Shown piece after piece: positions 1 to 13,475 of a DNA stretch of 64,000 bases (the stretch's first letter is position 1; the number at the start of each line of letters is the position of its first letter). The notes under the pieces were generated by a model. The model made no database searches. It was not told the DNA's origin and was given only the letters and a program-made list of their open reading frames with translations. The DNA is from Eledone cirrhosa (lineage: Eukaryota), in NCBI GenBank assembly GCA_964016885.1, contig OZ024741.1, forward strand, positions 254,882,001-254,946,000. Reading direction: 5' to 3'. The position numbers were made by a program, and so were the translations under genes.

Positions 1-937
1 CGTTTCGACTTACGGGTGTTTCGACTTACGAGTGTTTTGACTTACGAGTATTCTGACTTACCAGTGTTCTGACTTACGAGTGTTCCGACTTACGACTGTT
101 TCGACTTACGAGTGTTTTGACTTACGAGTGTTCCGACTTACGAGTGTTTCGGCTTACGGGTGTTTCGACGTACGAGTATTTTTGGCTTACGAGTGTTCCG
201 ACTTACGAGTGTCTCGGCTTACGAGTGTTTCGGCTTACGAGTGTTTCGACTTACAAGTGTTTCGACTTACGAGTGTTCCGACTTACGTGTGTTTCGACTT
301 ACGAGTGTTTTGGCTTACGGTGTTTCGACTTACGAGTGTTTCGGCTTACGAGTGTTTTGACTTAAGGGTGTTTCGACTTACGAGTGTTTCGATACGAGTG
401 TTTCGACTTACGAGTGTTTCGGCTTACGAGTGTTTCGACTTACGAGTGTTTCGACTTACGAGTGTTCTGATTTACGGATGTTTCGACATACGAGTGTTTC
501 GACTTACGAGTGTTTCGACTTACGAGTGTTTTGACTTACGTGTGTTTTGACATACGAGTGTTTCGATACGAGTGTTTCGACTTACGATTGTTCTGACTTA
601 CGATTGTACTGACTTACGAGCGTTCTGACTTACGAGTGTTTCGGCTTACGAGTGTTTCGGCTTACAAGTGTTCTTACTTACGAGTGTTCCGACTTACGGG
701 TGTTTCGACTTACGAGTGTTTTGGCTTACGGTGTTATGGCTTACGAGTGTTTCGAGTTACGAGTGTTTTGACTTACGCGTGTTTTGACATACGAGTGTTT
801 CGATACGAGTGTTCTGACTTACGAGTGTTCTGCCTTACGAGTGTTCTGACTTACGAGTGTTCTGACTTACGAGTGTTCCGACTTTACGAGTGTTTCGGCT
901 CACGAGTGTTTCGGCTTACGAGTGTTTCGACTTACGA

Positions 938-1006
938 AAATAACAAATAGACGCGGTTTCAAATCTCTATGCTTTTCAAATTCATTACATTAATCTTTAT
1001 TTATAC
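938..1006 (+). repeat. 69-bp AT-rich spacer, type A (reference copy)
   Basis: Sequence aaataacaaatagacgcggtttcaaatctctatgcttttcaaattcattacattaatctttatttatac, 17/69 GC. It follows GACTTACGA and precedes the degenerate monomer gtttcgctttacga. Confidence 0.97.
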
Positions 1007-2153
1007 GTTTCGCTTTACGAGTGTTTCGACTTACGAGTGTTTCGACATACGAGTGTTTCGACTTACGAATGTTTTTGCTTACGGGTGTTTCGACTTACGA
1101 ATGTTTTTGCTTACGAGTGTTTCGGTTTACGAGTGTTCCGACTTACGAGTGTTCCGACTTACGAGTGTTTCGGCTTACGAGTGTTTCCGGCTTACGAGTG
1201 TTTCGACTTACGAGTGTTTCGACTTACGAGTGTTTTGACTTACGGTGTTTCGGCTTAAGAGTGATTAGACTTACGAGTGTTTTGACTTACGGGTGTTTAG
1301 ACTTACGGGTGTTGTGAATTACGAGTGTTCCGATTTACGAGTGTTTTGACTTACGGTGTTTCGGCTTACAAGTGATTCGACTTACGAATGTTTTGACTTA
1401 CGGGTGTTTCGGCTTGCGAGTATTTCGACTTACGAGTGTTTCGGCTTATGAGTGTTTCGACTTACTAATGTTTTTACTTACGAGTGTTTCGGCGTACGAG
1501 TGTTTTGACTTACGAGTGTTTCGACTTACGAGTGTTTTGACTTACGAATGTTTTGACTTACGGGTGTTTCGGCTTACGAGTGTTTCGACTTACGAGTGTT
1601 TCGGCTTGCGAGTGTTTCGACTTACTAATGTTTTTACTTACGAGTGTTTCGGCGTACGAGTGTTTCGACTTACGAGTGTTTCGACTTACGGGTGTTTTGA
1701 CTTACGGGTGTTTCGGCTTACGAGTGTTTCGACTTACGAGTGTTTTGACTTAAGGGTGTTTCGACTTACGAGTGTTTCGACTTAGGAGTGTTTTGACTTA
1801 CGGGTGTTTTGACATACGAGTGTTCCGACTTACGAGTGTTCCGACTTACGAGTGTTTCGGCTTACGAATGTTTCGACTTACGAGTGTTTCGACTTACGAG
1901 TTTTCCGACTTACGGGTGTTTCGACTTACGAGTGTTTTGGCTTACGGTGTTTCGGCTTACGAGTGTTTCGAGTTACGAGTGTTTTGACTTACGCGTGTTT
2001 TGACATACGACTGTTTCGATACGAGTGTTCTGACTTACGAGTGTTCTGCCTTACGAGTGTTCTGACTTACGAGTGTTCTGACTTACGAGTGTTCCGACTT
2101 TACGAGTGTTTCGGCTCACGAGTGTTTCGGCTTACGAGTGTTTCGACTTACGA

Positions 2154-2222
2154 AAATAACAAATAGACGCGGTTTCAAATCTCTATGCTTTTCAAATTCA
2201 TTACATTAATCTTTATTTATAC
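2154..2222 (+). repeat. 69-bp spacer, type A
   Basis: Matches 938-1006. Confidence 0.95.
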
Positions 2223-2689
2223 GTTTCGCTTTACGAGTGTTTCGACTTACGAGTGTTTCGACATACGAGTGTTTCGGCTTACGAGTGTTTTGATTTACCA
2301 GTGTTTTGACTTACGGGTGCTTCGACTTACGCGTGTTTCGAATTACGAGTGTTTCGACTTACGAGTGTTTCGGCTTACGAGTGTTTTGACTTACGAATGT
2401 TTTGACTTACGATTGTTTCGGCTTACGAGTGTTTCGACTTACGAGTGTTCTGACTACGAGTGTTCTGACTTACGGGTGTTCTGACTTACGAGTGTTCCGA
2501 CTTACGAGTGTTTCGGCTTATGAGTGTTTCGACTTACGAGTGTTCTGACTACGAGTGTTTCGACTTACGAGTGTTCTGACTACGAGTGTTCTGACTTACG
2601 GGTGTTCTGACTTACGAGTGTTCCGACTTACGAGTGCTTCGACTTACGAGTGTTTCGGCTTACGGGTGTTTCGACTTACGAATGTTTTT

Positions 2690-3320
2690 GCTTACGAGTG
2701 TTTCGGCTTACGAGTGTTTCGGCTTATGAGTGTTTCGACTTACGAGTGTTTTGACTTACGGGTGTTTTGACATACGAGTGTTTCGATACGAGTGTTCTGA
2801 CTTACGAGTGTTTCCGCTTACGAGTGTTTCGGCTTACGAGTGTTGCGACTTACTAATGTTTTTACTTACGAGTGTTTCGGTGTAAGAGTGTTTCGACTTA
2901 ACGATGTTTTGACTTACGAGTGTTTCGACTTACGAGTGTTTCGACTTACGATTGTTCCGACTTACGAGTGTTTCGGCTTATGAGTGTTTCGACTTACGGG
3001 CGTTTCGACTTACGGGTGTTTCGACTTACGAGTGTTTAGGCTTATGAGTGTTTCGATTTACGAGTGTTTTGACTTACGGGTGTTTTGACATACGAGTGTT
3101 TCGATACGAGTGTTCTGACTTACGAGTGTTTCCGCTTACGAGTGTTTCGGCTTACGAGTGTTTCGACTTACTAATGTTTTTACTTACGAGTGTTTCGGTG
3201 TAAGAGTGTTTCTACTTAACGATGTTTCGACTTACGAGTGTTTCGACTTACGAGTGTTTCGACTTACGAGTGTTCCGACTTACGAGTGTTTCGGCATATG
3301 AGTGTTTCGACTTACGGGCG
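2690..3320 (+). repeat. 318-bp sub-HOR (about 20 monomers), two copies
   Basis: The marker ggtgtaagag...ttaacgatg is at 2879 and 3197. Confidence 0.85.
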
Positions 3321-4255
3321 TTTCGACTTACGGGTGTTTCGACTTACGAGTGTTTTGACTTACGAGTGTTCTGACTTACGAGTGTTCTGACTTACGAGTG
3401 TTCCGACTTACGACTGTTTCGACTTACGAGTGTTTTGACTTACGAGTGTTCCGACTTACGAGTCTTTCGGCTTACGGGTGTTTCGACGTACGAGTATTTT
3501 TGGCTTACGAGTGTTCCGACTTACGAGTGTCTCGGCTTACGAGTGTTTCGGCTTACGAGTGTTTCGACTTACAAGTGTTTCGACTTACGAGTGTTCCGAC
3601 TTACGTGTGTTTCGACTTACGAGTGTTTTGGCTTACGGTGTTTCGACTTACGAGTGTTTCGGCTTACGAGTGTTTTGACTTAAGGGTGTTTCGACTTACG
3701 AGTGTTTCGATACGAGTGTTTCGACTTACGAGTGTTTCGGCTTACGAGTGTTTCGACTTACGAGTGTTTCGACTTACGAGTGTTCTGATTTACGGATGTT
3801 TCGACATACGAGTGTTTCGACTTACGAGTGTTTCGACTTACGAGTGTTTTGACTTACGTGTGTTTTGACATACGAGTGTTTCGATACGAGTGTTTCGACT
3901 TACGATTGTTCTGACTTACGATTGTACTGACTTACGAGCGTTCTGACTTACGAGTGTTTCGGCTTACGAGTGTTTCGGCTTACAAGTGTTCTTACTTACG
4001 AGTGTTCCGACTTACGGGTGTTTCGACTTACGAGTGTTTTGGCTTACGGTGTTATGGCTTACGAGTGTTTCGAGTTACGAGTGTTTTGACTTACGCGTGT
4101 TTTGACATACGAGTGTTTCGATACGAGTGTTCTGACTTACGAGTGTTCTGCCTTACGAGTGTTCTGACTTACGAGTGTTCTGACTTACGAGTGTTCCGAC
4201 TTTACGAGTGTTTCGGCTCACGAGTGTTTCGGCTTACGAGTGTTTCGACTTACGA

Positions 4256-4324
4256 AAATAACAAATAGACGCGGTTTCAAATCTCTATGCTTTTCAAATT
4301 CATTACATTAATCTTTATTTATAC
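4256..4324 (+). repeat. 69-bp spacer, type A
   Basis: Matches 938-1006. Confidence 0.95.
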
Positions 4325-6409
4325 GTTTCGCTTTACGAGTGTTTCGACTTACGAGTGTTTCGACATACGAGTGTTTCGGCTTACGAGTGTTTTGATTTAC
4401 GAGTGTTTTGACTTACGGGTGCTTCGACTTACGCGTGTCTCGACTTACGTGTGTTTCGACTTACGAGTGTTTCGACATACGAGTGTTTCGACTTACGAAT
4501 GTTTTTGCTTACGGGTGTTTCGACTTACGAATGTTTTTGCTTACGAGTGTTTCGGTTTACGAGTGTTCCGACTTACGAGTGTTCCGACTTACGAGTGTTT
4601 CGGCTTACGAGTGTTTCCGGCTTACGAGTGTTTCGACTTACGAGTGTTTCGACTTACGAGTGTTTTGACTTATGGTGTTTCGGCTTACGAGTGATTAGAC
4701 TTACGAGTGTTTTGACTTACGGGTGTTTTGACTTACGGGTGTTGTGAATTACGAGTGTTCCGATTTACGAGTGTTTTGACTTACGGTGTTTCGGCTTACA
4801 AGTGATTCGACTTACGAATGTTTTGACTTACGGGTGTTTCGGCTTGCGAGTATTTCGACTTACGAGTGTTTCGGCTTATGAGTGTTTCGACTTACTAATG
4901 TTTTTACTTACGAGTGTTTCGGCGTACGAGTGTTTTGACTTACGAGTGTTTCGACTTACGAGTGTTTTGACTTACGAATGTTTTGACTTACGGGTGTTTC
5001 GGCTTACGAGTGTTTCGACTTACGAGTGTTTCGGCTTGCGAGTGTTTCGACTTACTAATGTTTTTACTTACGAGTGTTTCGGCGTACGAGTGTTTCGACT
5101 TACGAGTGTTTCGACTTACGGGTGTTTTGACTTACGGGTGTTTCGGCTTACGAGTGTTTCGACTTACGAGTGTTTTGACTTAAGGGTGTTTCGACTTACG
5201 AGTGTTTCGACTTACGAGTGTTTTGGCTTACGGTGTTTCGGCTTACGAGTGTTTCGAGTTACGAGTGTTTTGACTTACGCGTGTTTTGACATACGACTGT
5301 TTCGATACGAGTGTTCTGACTTACGAGTGTTCTGCCTTACGAGTGTTCTGACTTACGAGTGTTCTGACTTACGAGTGTTCCGACTTTACGAGTGTTTCGG
5401 CTCACGAGTGTTTCGACTTACGAGTGTTCCGACTTACGAGTGTTTCGGCATATGAGTGTTTCGACTTACGGGCGTTTCGACTTACGGGTGTTTCGACTTA
5501 CGAGTGTTTTGACTTACGAGTATTCTGACTTACCAGTGTTCTGACTTACGAGTGTTCCGACTTACGACTGTTTCGACTTACGAGTGTTTTGACTTACGAG
5601 TGTTCCGACTTACGAGTGTTTCGGCTTACGGGTGTTTCGACGTACGAGTATTTTTGGCTTACGAGTGTTCCGACTTACGAGTGTCTCGGCTTACGAGTGT
5701 TTCGGCTTACGAGTGTTTCGACTTACAAGTGTTTCGACTTACGAGTGTTCCGACTTACGTGTGTTTCGACTTACGAGTGTTTTGGCTTACGGTGTTTCGA
5801 CTTACGAGTGTTTCGGCTTACGAGTGTTTTGACTTAAGGGTGTTTCGACTTACGAGTGTTTCGATACGAGTGTTTCGACTTACGAGTGTTTCGGCTTACG
5901 AGTGTTTCGACTTACGAGTGTTTCGACTTACGAGTGTTCTGATTTACGGATGTTTCGACATACGAGTGTTTCGACTTACGAGTGTTTCGACTTACGAGTG
6001 TTTTGACTTACGTGTGTTTTGACATACGAGTGTTTCGATACGAGTGTTTCGACTTACGATTGTTCTGACTTACGATTGTACTGACTTACGAGCGTTCTGA
6101 CTTACGAGTGTTTCGGCTTACGAGTGTTTCGGCTTACAAGTGTTCTTACTTACGAGTGTTCCGACTTACGGGTGTTTCGACTTACGAGTGTTTTGGCTTA
6201 CGGTGTTATGGCTTACGAGTGTTTCGAGTTACGAGTGTTTTGACTTACGCGTGTTTTGACATACGAGTGTTTCGATACGAGTGTTCTGACTTACGAGTGT
6301 TCTGCCTTACGAGTGTTCTGACTTACGAGTGTTCTGACTTACGAGTGTTCCGACTTTACGAGTGTTTCGGCTCACGAGTGTTTCGGCTTACGAGTGTTTC
6401 GACTTACGA

Positions 6410-6478
6410 AAATAACAAATAGACGCGGTTTCAAATCTCTATGCTTTTCAAATTCATTACATTAATCTTTATTTATAC
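6410..6478 (+). repeat. 69-bp spacer, type A
   Basis: Matches 938-1006. Confidence 0.95.
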
Positions 6479-7625
6479 GTTTCGCTTTACGAGTGTTTCG
6501 ACTTACGAGTGTTTCGACATACGAGTGTTTCGACTTACGAATGTTTTTGCTTACGGGTGTTTCGACTTACGAATGTTTTTGCTTACGAGTGTTTCGGTTT
6601 ACGAGTGTTCCGACTTACGAGTGTTCCGACTTACGAGTGTTTCGGCTTACGAGTGTTTCCGGCTTACGAGTGTTTCGACTTACGAGTGTTTCGACTTACG
6701 AGTGTTTTGACTTACGGTGTTTCGGCTTAAGAGTGATTAGACTTACGAGTGTTTTGACTTACGGGTGTTTAGACTTACGGGTGTTGTGAATTACGAGTGT
6801 TCCGATTTACGAGTGTTTTGACTTACGGTGTTTCGGCTTACAAGTGATTCGACTTACGAATGTTTTGACTTACGGGTGTTTCGGCTTGCGAGTATTTCGA
6901 CTTACGAGTGTTTCGGCTTATGAGTGTTTCGACTTACTAATGTTTTTACTTACGAGTGTTTCGGCGTACGAGTGTTTTGACTTACGAGTGTTTCGACTTA
7001 CGAGTGTTTTGACTTACGAATGTTTTGACTTACGGGTGTTTCGGCTTACGAGTGTTTCGACTTACGAGTGTTTCGGCTTGCGAGTGTTTCGACTTACTAA
7101 TGTTTTTACTTACGAGTGTTTCGGCGTACGAGTGTTTCGACTTACGAGTGTTTCGACTTACGGGTGTTTTGACTTACGGGTGTTTCGGCTTACGAGTGTT
7201 TCGACTTACGAGTGTTTTGACTTAAGGGTGTTTCGACTTACGAGTGTTTCGACTTAGGAGTGTTTTGACTTACGGGTGTTTTGACATACGAGTGTTCCGA
7301 CTTACGAGTGTTCCGACTTACGAGTGTTTCGGCTTACGAATGTTTCGACTTACGAGTGTTTCGACTTACGAGTTTTCCGACTTACGGGTGTTTCGACTTA
7401 CGAGTGTTTTGGCTTACGGTGTTTCGGCTTACGAGTGTTTCGAGTTACGAGTGTTTTGACTTACGCGTGTTTTGACATACGACTGTTTCGATACGAGTGT
7501 TCTGACTTACGAGTGTTCTGCCTTACGAGTGTTCTGACTTACGAGTGTTCTGACTTACGAGTGTTCCGACTTTACGAGTGTTTCGGCTCACGAGTGTTTC
7601 GGCTTACGAGTGTTTCGACTTACGA

Positions 7626-7694
7626 AAATAACAAATAGACGCGGTTTCAAATCTCTATGCTTTTCAAATTCATTACATTAATCTTTATTTATAC
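7626..7694 (+). repeat. 69-bp spacer, type A
   Basis: Matches 938-1006. Confidence 0.95.
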
Positions 7695-9727
7695 GTTTCG
7701 CTTTACGAGTGTTTCGACTTACGAGTGTTTCGACATACGAGTGTTTCGGCTTACGAGTGTTTTGATTTACCAGTGTTTTGACTTACGGGTGCTTCGACTT
7801 ACGCGTGTTTCGAATTACGAGTGTTTCGACTTACGAGTGTTTCGGCTTACGAGTGTTTTGACTTACGAATGTTTTGACTTACGATTGTTTCGGCTTACGA
7901 GTGTTTCGACTTACGAGTGTTCTGACTACGAGTGTTCTGACTTACGGGTGTTCTGACTTACGAGTGTTCCGACTTACGAGTGTTTCGGCTTATGAGTGTT
8001 TCGACTTACGAGTGTTCTGACTACGAGTGTTTCGACTTACGAGTGTTCTGACTACGAGTGTTCTGACTTACGGGTGTTCTGACTTACGAGTGTTCCGACT
8101 TACGAGTGCTTCGACTTACGAGTGTTTCGGCTTACGGGTGTTTCGACTTACGAATGTTTTTGCTTACGAGTGTTTCGGCTTACGAGTGTTTCGGCTTATG
8201 AGTGTTTCGACTTACGAGTGTTTTGACTTACGGGTGTTTTGACATACGAGTGTTTCGATACGAGTGTTCTGACTTACGAGTGTTTCCGCTTACGAGTGTT
8301 TCGGCTTACGAGTGTTGCGACTTACTAATGTTTTTACTTACGAGTGTTTCGGTGTAAGAGTGTTTCGACTTAACGATGTTTTGACTTACGAGTGTTTCGA
8401 CTTACGAGTGTTTCGACTTACGATTGTTCCGACTTACGAGTGTTTCGGCTTATGAGTGTTTCGACTTACGGGCGTTTCGACTTACGGGTGTTTCGACTTA
8501 CGAGTGTTTAGGCTTATGAGTGTTTCGATTTACGAGTGTTTTGACTTACGGGTGTTTTGACATACGAGTGTTTCGATACGAGTGTTCTGACTTACGAGTG
8601 TTTCCGCTTACGAGTGTTTCGGCTGACGAGTGTTTCGACTTACTAATGTTTTTACTTACGAGTGTTTCGGTGTAAGAGTGTTTCTACTTAACGATGTTTC
8701 GACTTACGAGTGTTTCGACTTACGAGTGTTTCGACTTACGAGTGTTCCGACTTACGAGTGTTTCGGCATATGAGTGTTTCGACTTACGGGCGTTTCGACT
8801 TACGGGTGTTTCGACTTACGAGTGTTTTGACTTACGAGTGTTCTGACTTACGAGTGTTCTGACTTACGAGTGTTCCGACTTACGACTGTTTCGACTTACG
8901 AGTGTTTTGACTTACGAGTGTTCCGACTTACGAGTCTTTCGGCTTACGGGTGTTTCGACGTACGAGTATTTTTGGCTTACGAGTGTTCCGACTTACGAGT
9001 GTCTCGGCTTACGAGTGTTTCGGCTTACGAGTGTTTCGACTTACAAGTGTTTCGACTTACGAGTGTTCCGACTTACGTGTGTTTCGACTTACGAGTGTTT
9101 TGGCTTACGGTGTTTCGACTTACGAGTGTTTCGGCTTACGAGTGTTTTGACTTAAGGGTGTTTCGACTTACGAGTGTTTCGATACGAGTGTTTCGACTTA
9201 CGAGTGTTTCGGCTTACGAGTGTTTCGACTTACGAGTGTTTCGACTTACGAGTGTTCTGATTTACGGATGTTTCGACATACGAGTGTTTCGACTTACGAG
9301 TGTTTCGACTTACGAGTGTTTTGACTTACGTGTGTTTTGACATACGAGTGTTTCGATACGAGTGTTTCGACTTACGATTGTTCTGACTTACGATTGTACT
9401 GACTTACGAGCGTTCTGACTTACGAGTGTTTCGGCTTACGAGTGTTTCGGCTTACAAGTGTTCTTACTTACGAGTGTTCCGACTTACGGGTGTTTCGACT
9501 TACGAGTGTTTTGGCTTACGGTGTTATGGCTTACGAGTGTTTCGAGTTACGAGTGTTTTGACTTACGCGTGTTTTGACATACGAGTGTTTCGATACGAGT
9601 GTTCTGACTTACGAGTGTTCTGCCTTACGAGTGTTCTGACTTACGAGTGTTCTGACTTACGAGTGTTCCGACTTTACGAGTGTTTCGGCTCACGAGTGTT
9701 TCGGCTTACGAGTGTTTCGACTTACGA

Positions 9728-9796
9728 AAATAACAAATAGACGCGGTTTCAAATCTCTATGCTTTTCAAATTCATTACATTAATCTTTATTTATAC
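9728..9796 (+). repeat. 69-bp spacer, type A
   Basis: Matches 938-1006. Confidence 0.95.
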
Positions 9797-10911
9797 GTTT
9801 CGCTTTACGAGTGTTTCGACTTACGAGTGTTTCGACATACGAGTGTTTCGGCTTACGAGTGTTTTGATTTACGAGTGTTTTGACTTACGGGTGCTTCGAC
9901 TTACGCGTGTCTCGACTTACGTGTGTTTCGACTTACGAGTGTTTCGACATACGAGTGTTTCGACTTACGAATGTTTTTGCTTACGGGTGTTTCGACTTAC
10001 GAATGTTTTTGCTTACGAGTGTTTCGGTTTACGAGTGTTCCGACTTACGAGTGTTCCGACTTACGAGTGTTTCGGCTTACGAGTGTTTCCGGCTTACGAG
10101 TGTTTCGACTTACGAGTGTTTCGACTTACGAGTGTTTTGACTTATGGTGTTTCGGCTTACGAGTGATTAGACTTACGAGTGTTTTGACTTACGGGTGTTT
10201 TGACTTACGGGTGTTGTGAATTACGAGTGTTCCGATTTACGAGTGTTTTGACTTACGGTGTTTCGGCTTACAAGTGATTCGACTTACGAATGTTTTGACT
10301 TACGGGTGTTTCGGCTTGCGAGTATTTCGACTTACGAGTGTTTCGGCTTATGAGTGTTTCGACTTACTAATGTTTTTACTTACGAGTGTTTCGGCGTACG
10401 AGTGTTTTGACTTACGAGTGTTTCGACTTACGAGTGTTTTGACTTACGAATGTTTTGACTTACGGGTGTTTCGGCTTACGAGTGTTTCGACTTACGAGTG
10501 TTTCGGCTTGCGAGTGTTTCGACTTACTAATGTTTTTACTTACGAGTGTTTCGGCGTACGAGTGTTTCGACTTACGAGTGTTTCGACTTACGGGTGTTTT
10601 GACTTACGGGTGTTTCGGCTTACGAGTGTTTCGACTTACGAGTGTTTTGACTTAAGGGTGTTTCGACTTACGAGTGTTTCGACTTACGAGTGTTTTGGCT
10701 TACGGTGTTTCGGCTTACGAGTGTTTCGAGTTACGAGTGTTTTGACTTACGCGTGTTTTGACATACGACTGTTTCGATACGAGTGTTCTGACTTACGAGT
10801 GTTCTGCCTTACGAGTGTTCTGACTTACGAGTGTTCTGACTTACGAGTGTTCCGACTTTACGAGTGTTTCGGCTCACGAGTGTTTCGGCTTACGAGTGTT
10901 TCGACTTACGA

Positions 10912-10980
10912 AAATAACAAATAGACGCGGTTTCAAATCTCTATGCTTTTCAAATTCATTACATTAATCTTTATTTATAC
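10912..10980 (+). repeat. 69-bp spacer, type A
   Basis: Matches 938-1006. Confidence 0.95.
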
Positions 10981-11349
10981 GTTTCGCTTTACGAGTGTTT
11001 CGACTTACGAGTGTTTCGACATACGAGTGTTTCGGCTTACGAGTGTTTTGATTTACGAATGTTTTGACTTACGATTGTTTCGGCTTACGAGTGGTTCGAC
11101 TTACGAGTGTTCTGACTACGAGTGTTCTGACTTACGGGTGTTCTGACTTACGAGTGTTCCGACTTACGAGTGTTTCGGCTTATGAGTGTTTCGACTTACG
11201 AGTGTTCTGACTACGAGTGTTTCGACTTACGAGTGTTCTGACTACGAGTGTTCTGACTTACGGGTGTTCTGACTTACGAGTGTTCCGACTTACGAGTGCT
11301 TCGACTTACGAGTGTTTCGGCTTACGGGTGTTTCGACTTACGAATGTTT

Positions 11350-12560
11350 TTGCTTACGAGTGTTTCGGCTTACGAGTGTTTCGGCTTATGAGTGTTTCGA
11401 CTTACGAGTGTTTTGACTTACGGGTGTTTTGACATACGAGTGTTTCGATACGAGTGTTCTGACTTACGAGTGTTTCCGCTTACGAGTGTTTCGGCTTACG
11501 AGTGTTGCGACTTACTAATGTTTTTACTTACGAGTGTTTCGGTGTAAGAGTGTTTCGACTTAACGATGTTTCGACTTACGAGTGTTTCGACTTACGAGTG
11601 TTTCGACTTACGATTGTTCCGACTTACGAGTGTTTCGGCTTATGAGTGTTTCGACTTACGGGCGTTTCGACTTACGGGTGTTTCGACTTACGAGTGTTTC
11701 GGCTTATGAGTGTTTCGACTTACGAGTGTTTTGACTTACGGGTGTTTTGACATACGAGTGTTTCGATACGAGTGTTCTGACTTACGAGTGTTTCCGCTTA
11801 CGAGCGTTTCGGCTTACGAGTGTTTCGACTTACTAATGTTTTTACTTACGAGTGTTTCGGTGTAAGAGTGTTTCGACTTAACGATGTTTCGACTTACGAG
11901 TGTTTCGACTCACGAGTGTTTCGGCTTACGAGTGTTTCGGCTTATGAGTGTTTCGACTTACGAGTGTTTTGACTTACGGGTGTTTTGACATACGAGTGTT
12001 TCGATACGAGTGTTCTGACTTACGAGTGTTTCCGCTTACGAGTGTTTCGGCTTACGAGTGTTGCGACTTACTAATGTTTTTACTTACGAGTGTTTCGGTG
12101 TAAGAGTGTTTCGACTTAACGATGTTTCGACTTACGAGTGTTTCGACTTACGAGTGTTTCGACTTACGATTGTTCCGACTTACGAGTGTTTCGGCTTATG
12201 AGTGTTTCGACTTACGGGCGTTTCGACTTACGGGTGTTTCGACTTACGAGTGTTTCGGCTTATGAGTGTTTCGACTTACGAGTGTCTTGACTTACGGGTG
12301 TTTTGACATACGAGTGTTTCGATACGAGTGTTCTGACTTACGAGTGTTTCCGCTTACGAGTGTTTCGGCTTACGAGTGTTTCGACTTACTAATGTTTTTA
12401 CTTACGAGTGTTTCGGTGTAAGAGTGTTTCGACTTAACGATGTTTCGACTTACGAGTGTTTCGACTTACGAGTGTTTCGACTTACGAGTGTTCCGACTTA
12501 CGAGTGTTTCGGCTTATGAGTGTTTCGACTTACGGGCGTTTCGACTTACGGGTGTTTCGA
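11350..12560 (+). repeat. 318-bp sub-HOR expanded to four copies (318+238+318)
   Basis: The marker ggtgtaagag is at 11541, 11859, 12097 and 12415. Confidence 0.85.
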
Positions 12561-13475
12561 CTTACGAGTGTTTTAACTTACGAGTGTTCTGACTTACGAG
12601 TGTTCTGACTTACGAGTGTTCCGACTTACGACCGTTTCGACTTACGAGTGTTTTGACTTACGAGTGTTCCGACTTACGAGTGTTTCGGCTTACGGGTGTT
12701 TCGACGTACGAGTATTTTTGGCTTACGAGTGTTCCGACTTACGAGTGTCTCGGCTTACGAGTGTTTCGGCTTACGAGTGTTTCGACTTACGAGTGTTTCG
12801 ACTTACGAGTGTTCCGACTTACGGGTGTTTCGACTTACGAGTGTTTTGGCTTACGGTGTTTCGACTTACGAGTGTTTCGGCTTACGAGTGTTTTGACTTA
12901 AGGGTGTTTCGACTTACGAGTGTTTCGATACGAGTGTTTCGACTTACGAGTGTTTCGGCTTACGAGTGTTTCGACTTACGAGTGTTTCGACTTACGAGTG
13001 TTCTGATTTACGGATGTTTCGACATACGAGTGTTTCGACTTACGAGTGTTTCGACTTACGAGTGTTTTGACTTACGTGTGTTTTGACATACGAGTGTTTC
13101 GATACGAGTGTTTCGACTTACGATTGTTCTGACTTACGATTGTACTGACTTACGAGCGTTCTGACTTACGAGTGTTTCGGCTTACGAGTGTTTCGGCTTA
13201 CGAGTGTTTCGACTTACGAGTGTTTCGACTTACGAGTGTTCCGACTTACGGGTGTTTCGACTTACGAGTGTTTTAGCTTACGGTGTTTCGACTTACGAGT
13301 GTTTCGAGTTAAGAGTGTTTTGACTTACGCGTGTTTTGACATACGAGTGTTCTGACTTACGAGTGTTCTGACTTACGAGTGTTCTGACTTACGAGTGTTC
13401 TGACTTACGAGTGTTCCGACTTTACGAGTGTTTCGGCTCACGAGTGTTTCGGCTTACGAGTGTTTCCTCTTACGA

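Larger units (their letters stand above)
1..10887 (+). repeat. Near-identical tandem duplication (HOR), period 5472 bp
   Basis: The rare variant tattctgacttaccag occurs at 49 and 5521. The ORF track is offset by exactly 5472 (80/5552, 969/6441, 2185/7657, 4287/9759, 4802/10274). Identity ends at about 5415/10887. Confidence 0.95.

Noticed and set aside
938-1006. Spacer as an independently inserting MITE/SINE, tRNA or other structured RNA
   Set aside because: It has no TIRs, TSD, poly(A) tail, A/B boxes or cloverleaf. Identical phase and flanks in all copies point to passive co-duplication.
969-1238. MLFKFITLIFIYTF N-terminus resembling a signal peptide in spacer-started ORFs
   Set aside because: Hydrophobic F/I/L residues are expected from T-rich DNA. 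Downstream lengths vary arbitrarily and there is no sign of reading-frame conservation. Only Ribo-seq or proteomics could revive this idea.
1462-1468. bZIP-like sites (TTACTAA, TGACTTA) in variant monomers
   Set aside because: These are one or two substitutions from the consensus and are expected by chance. There is no gene context to support regulation.
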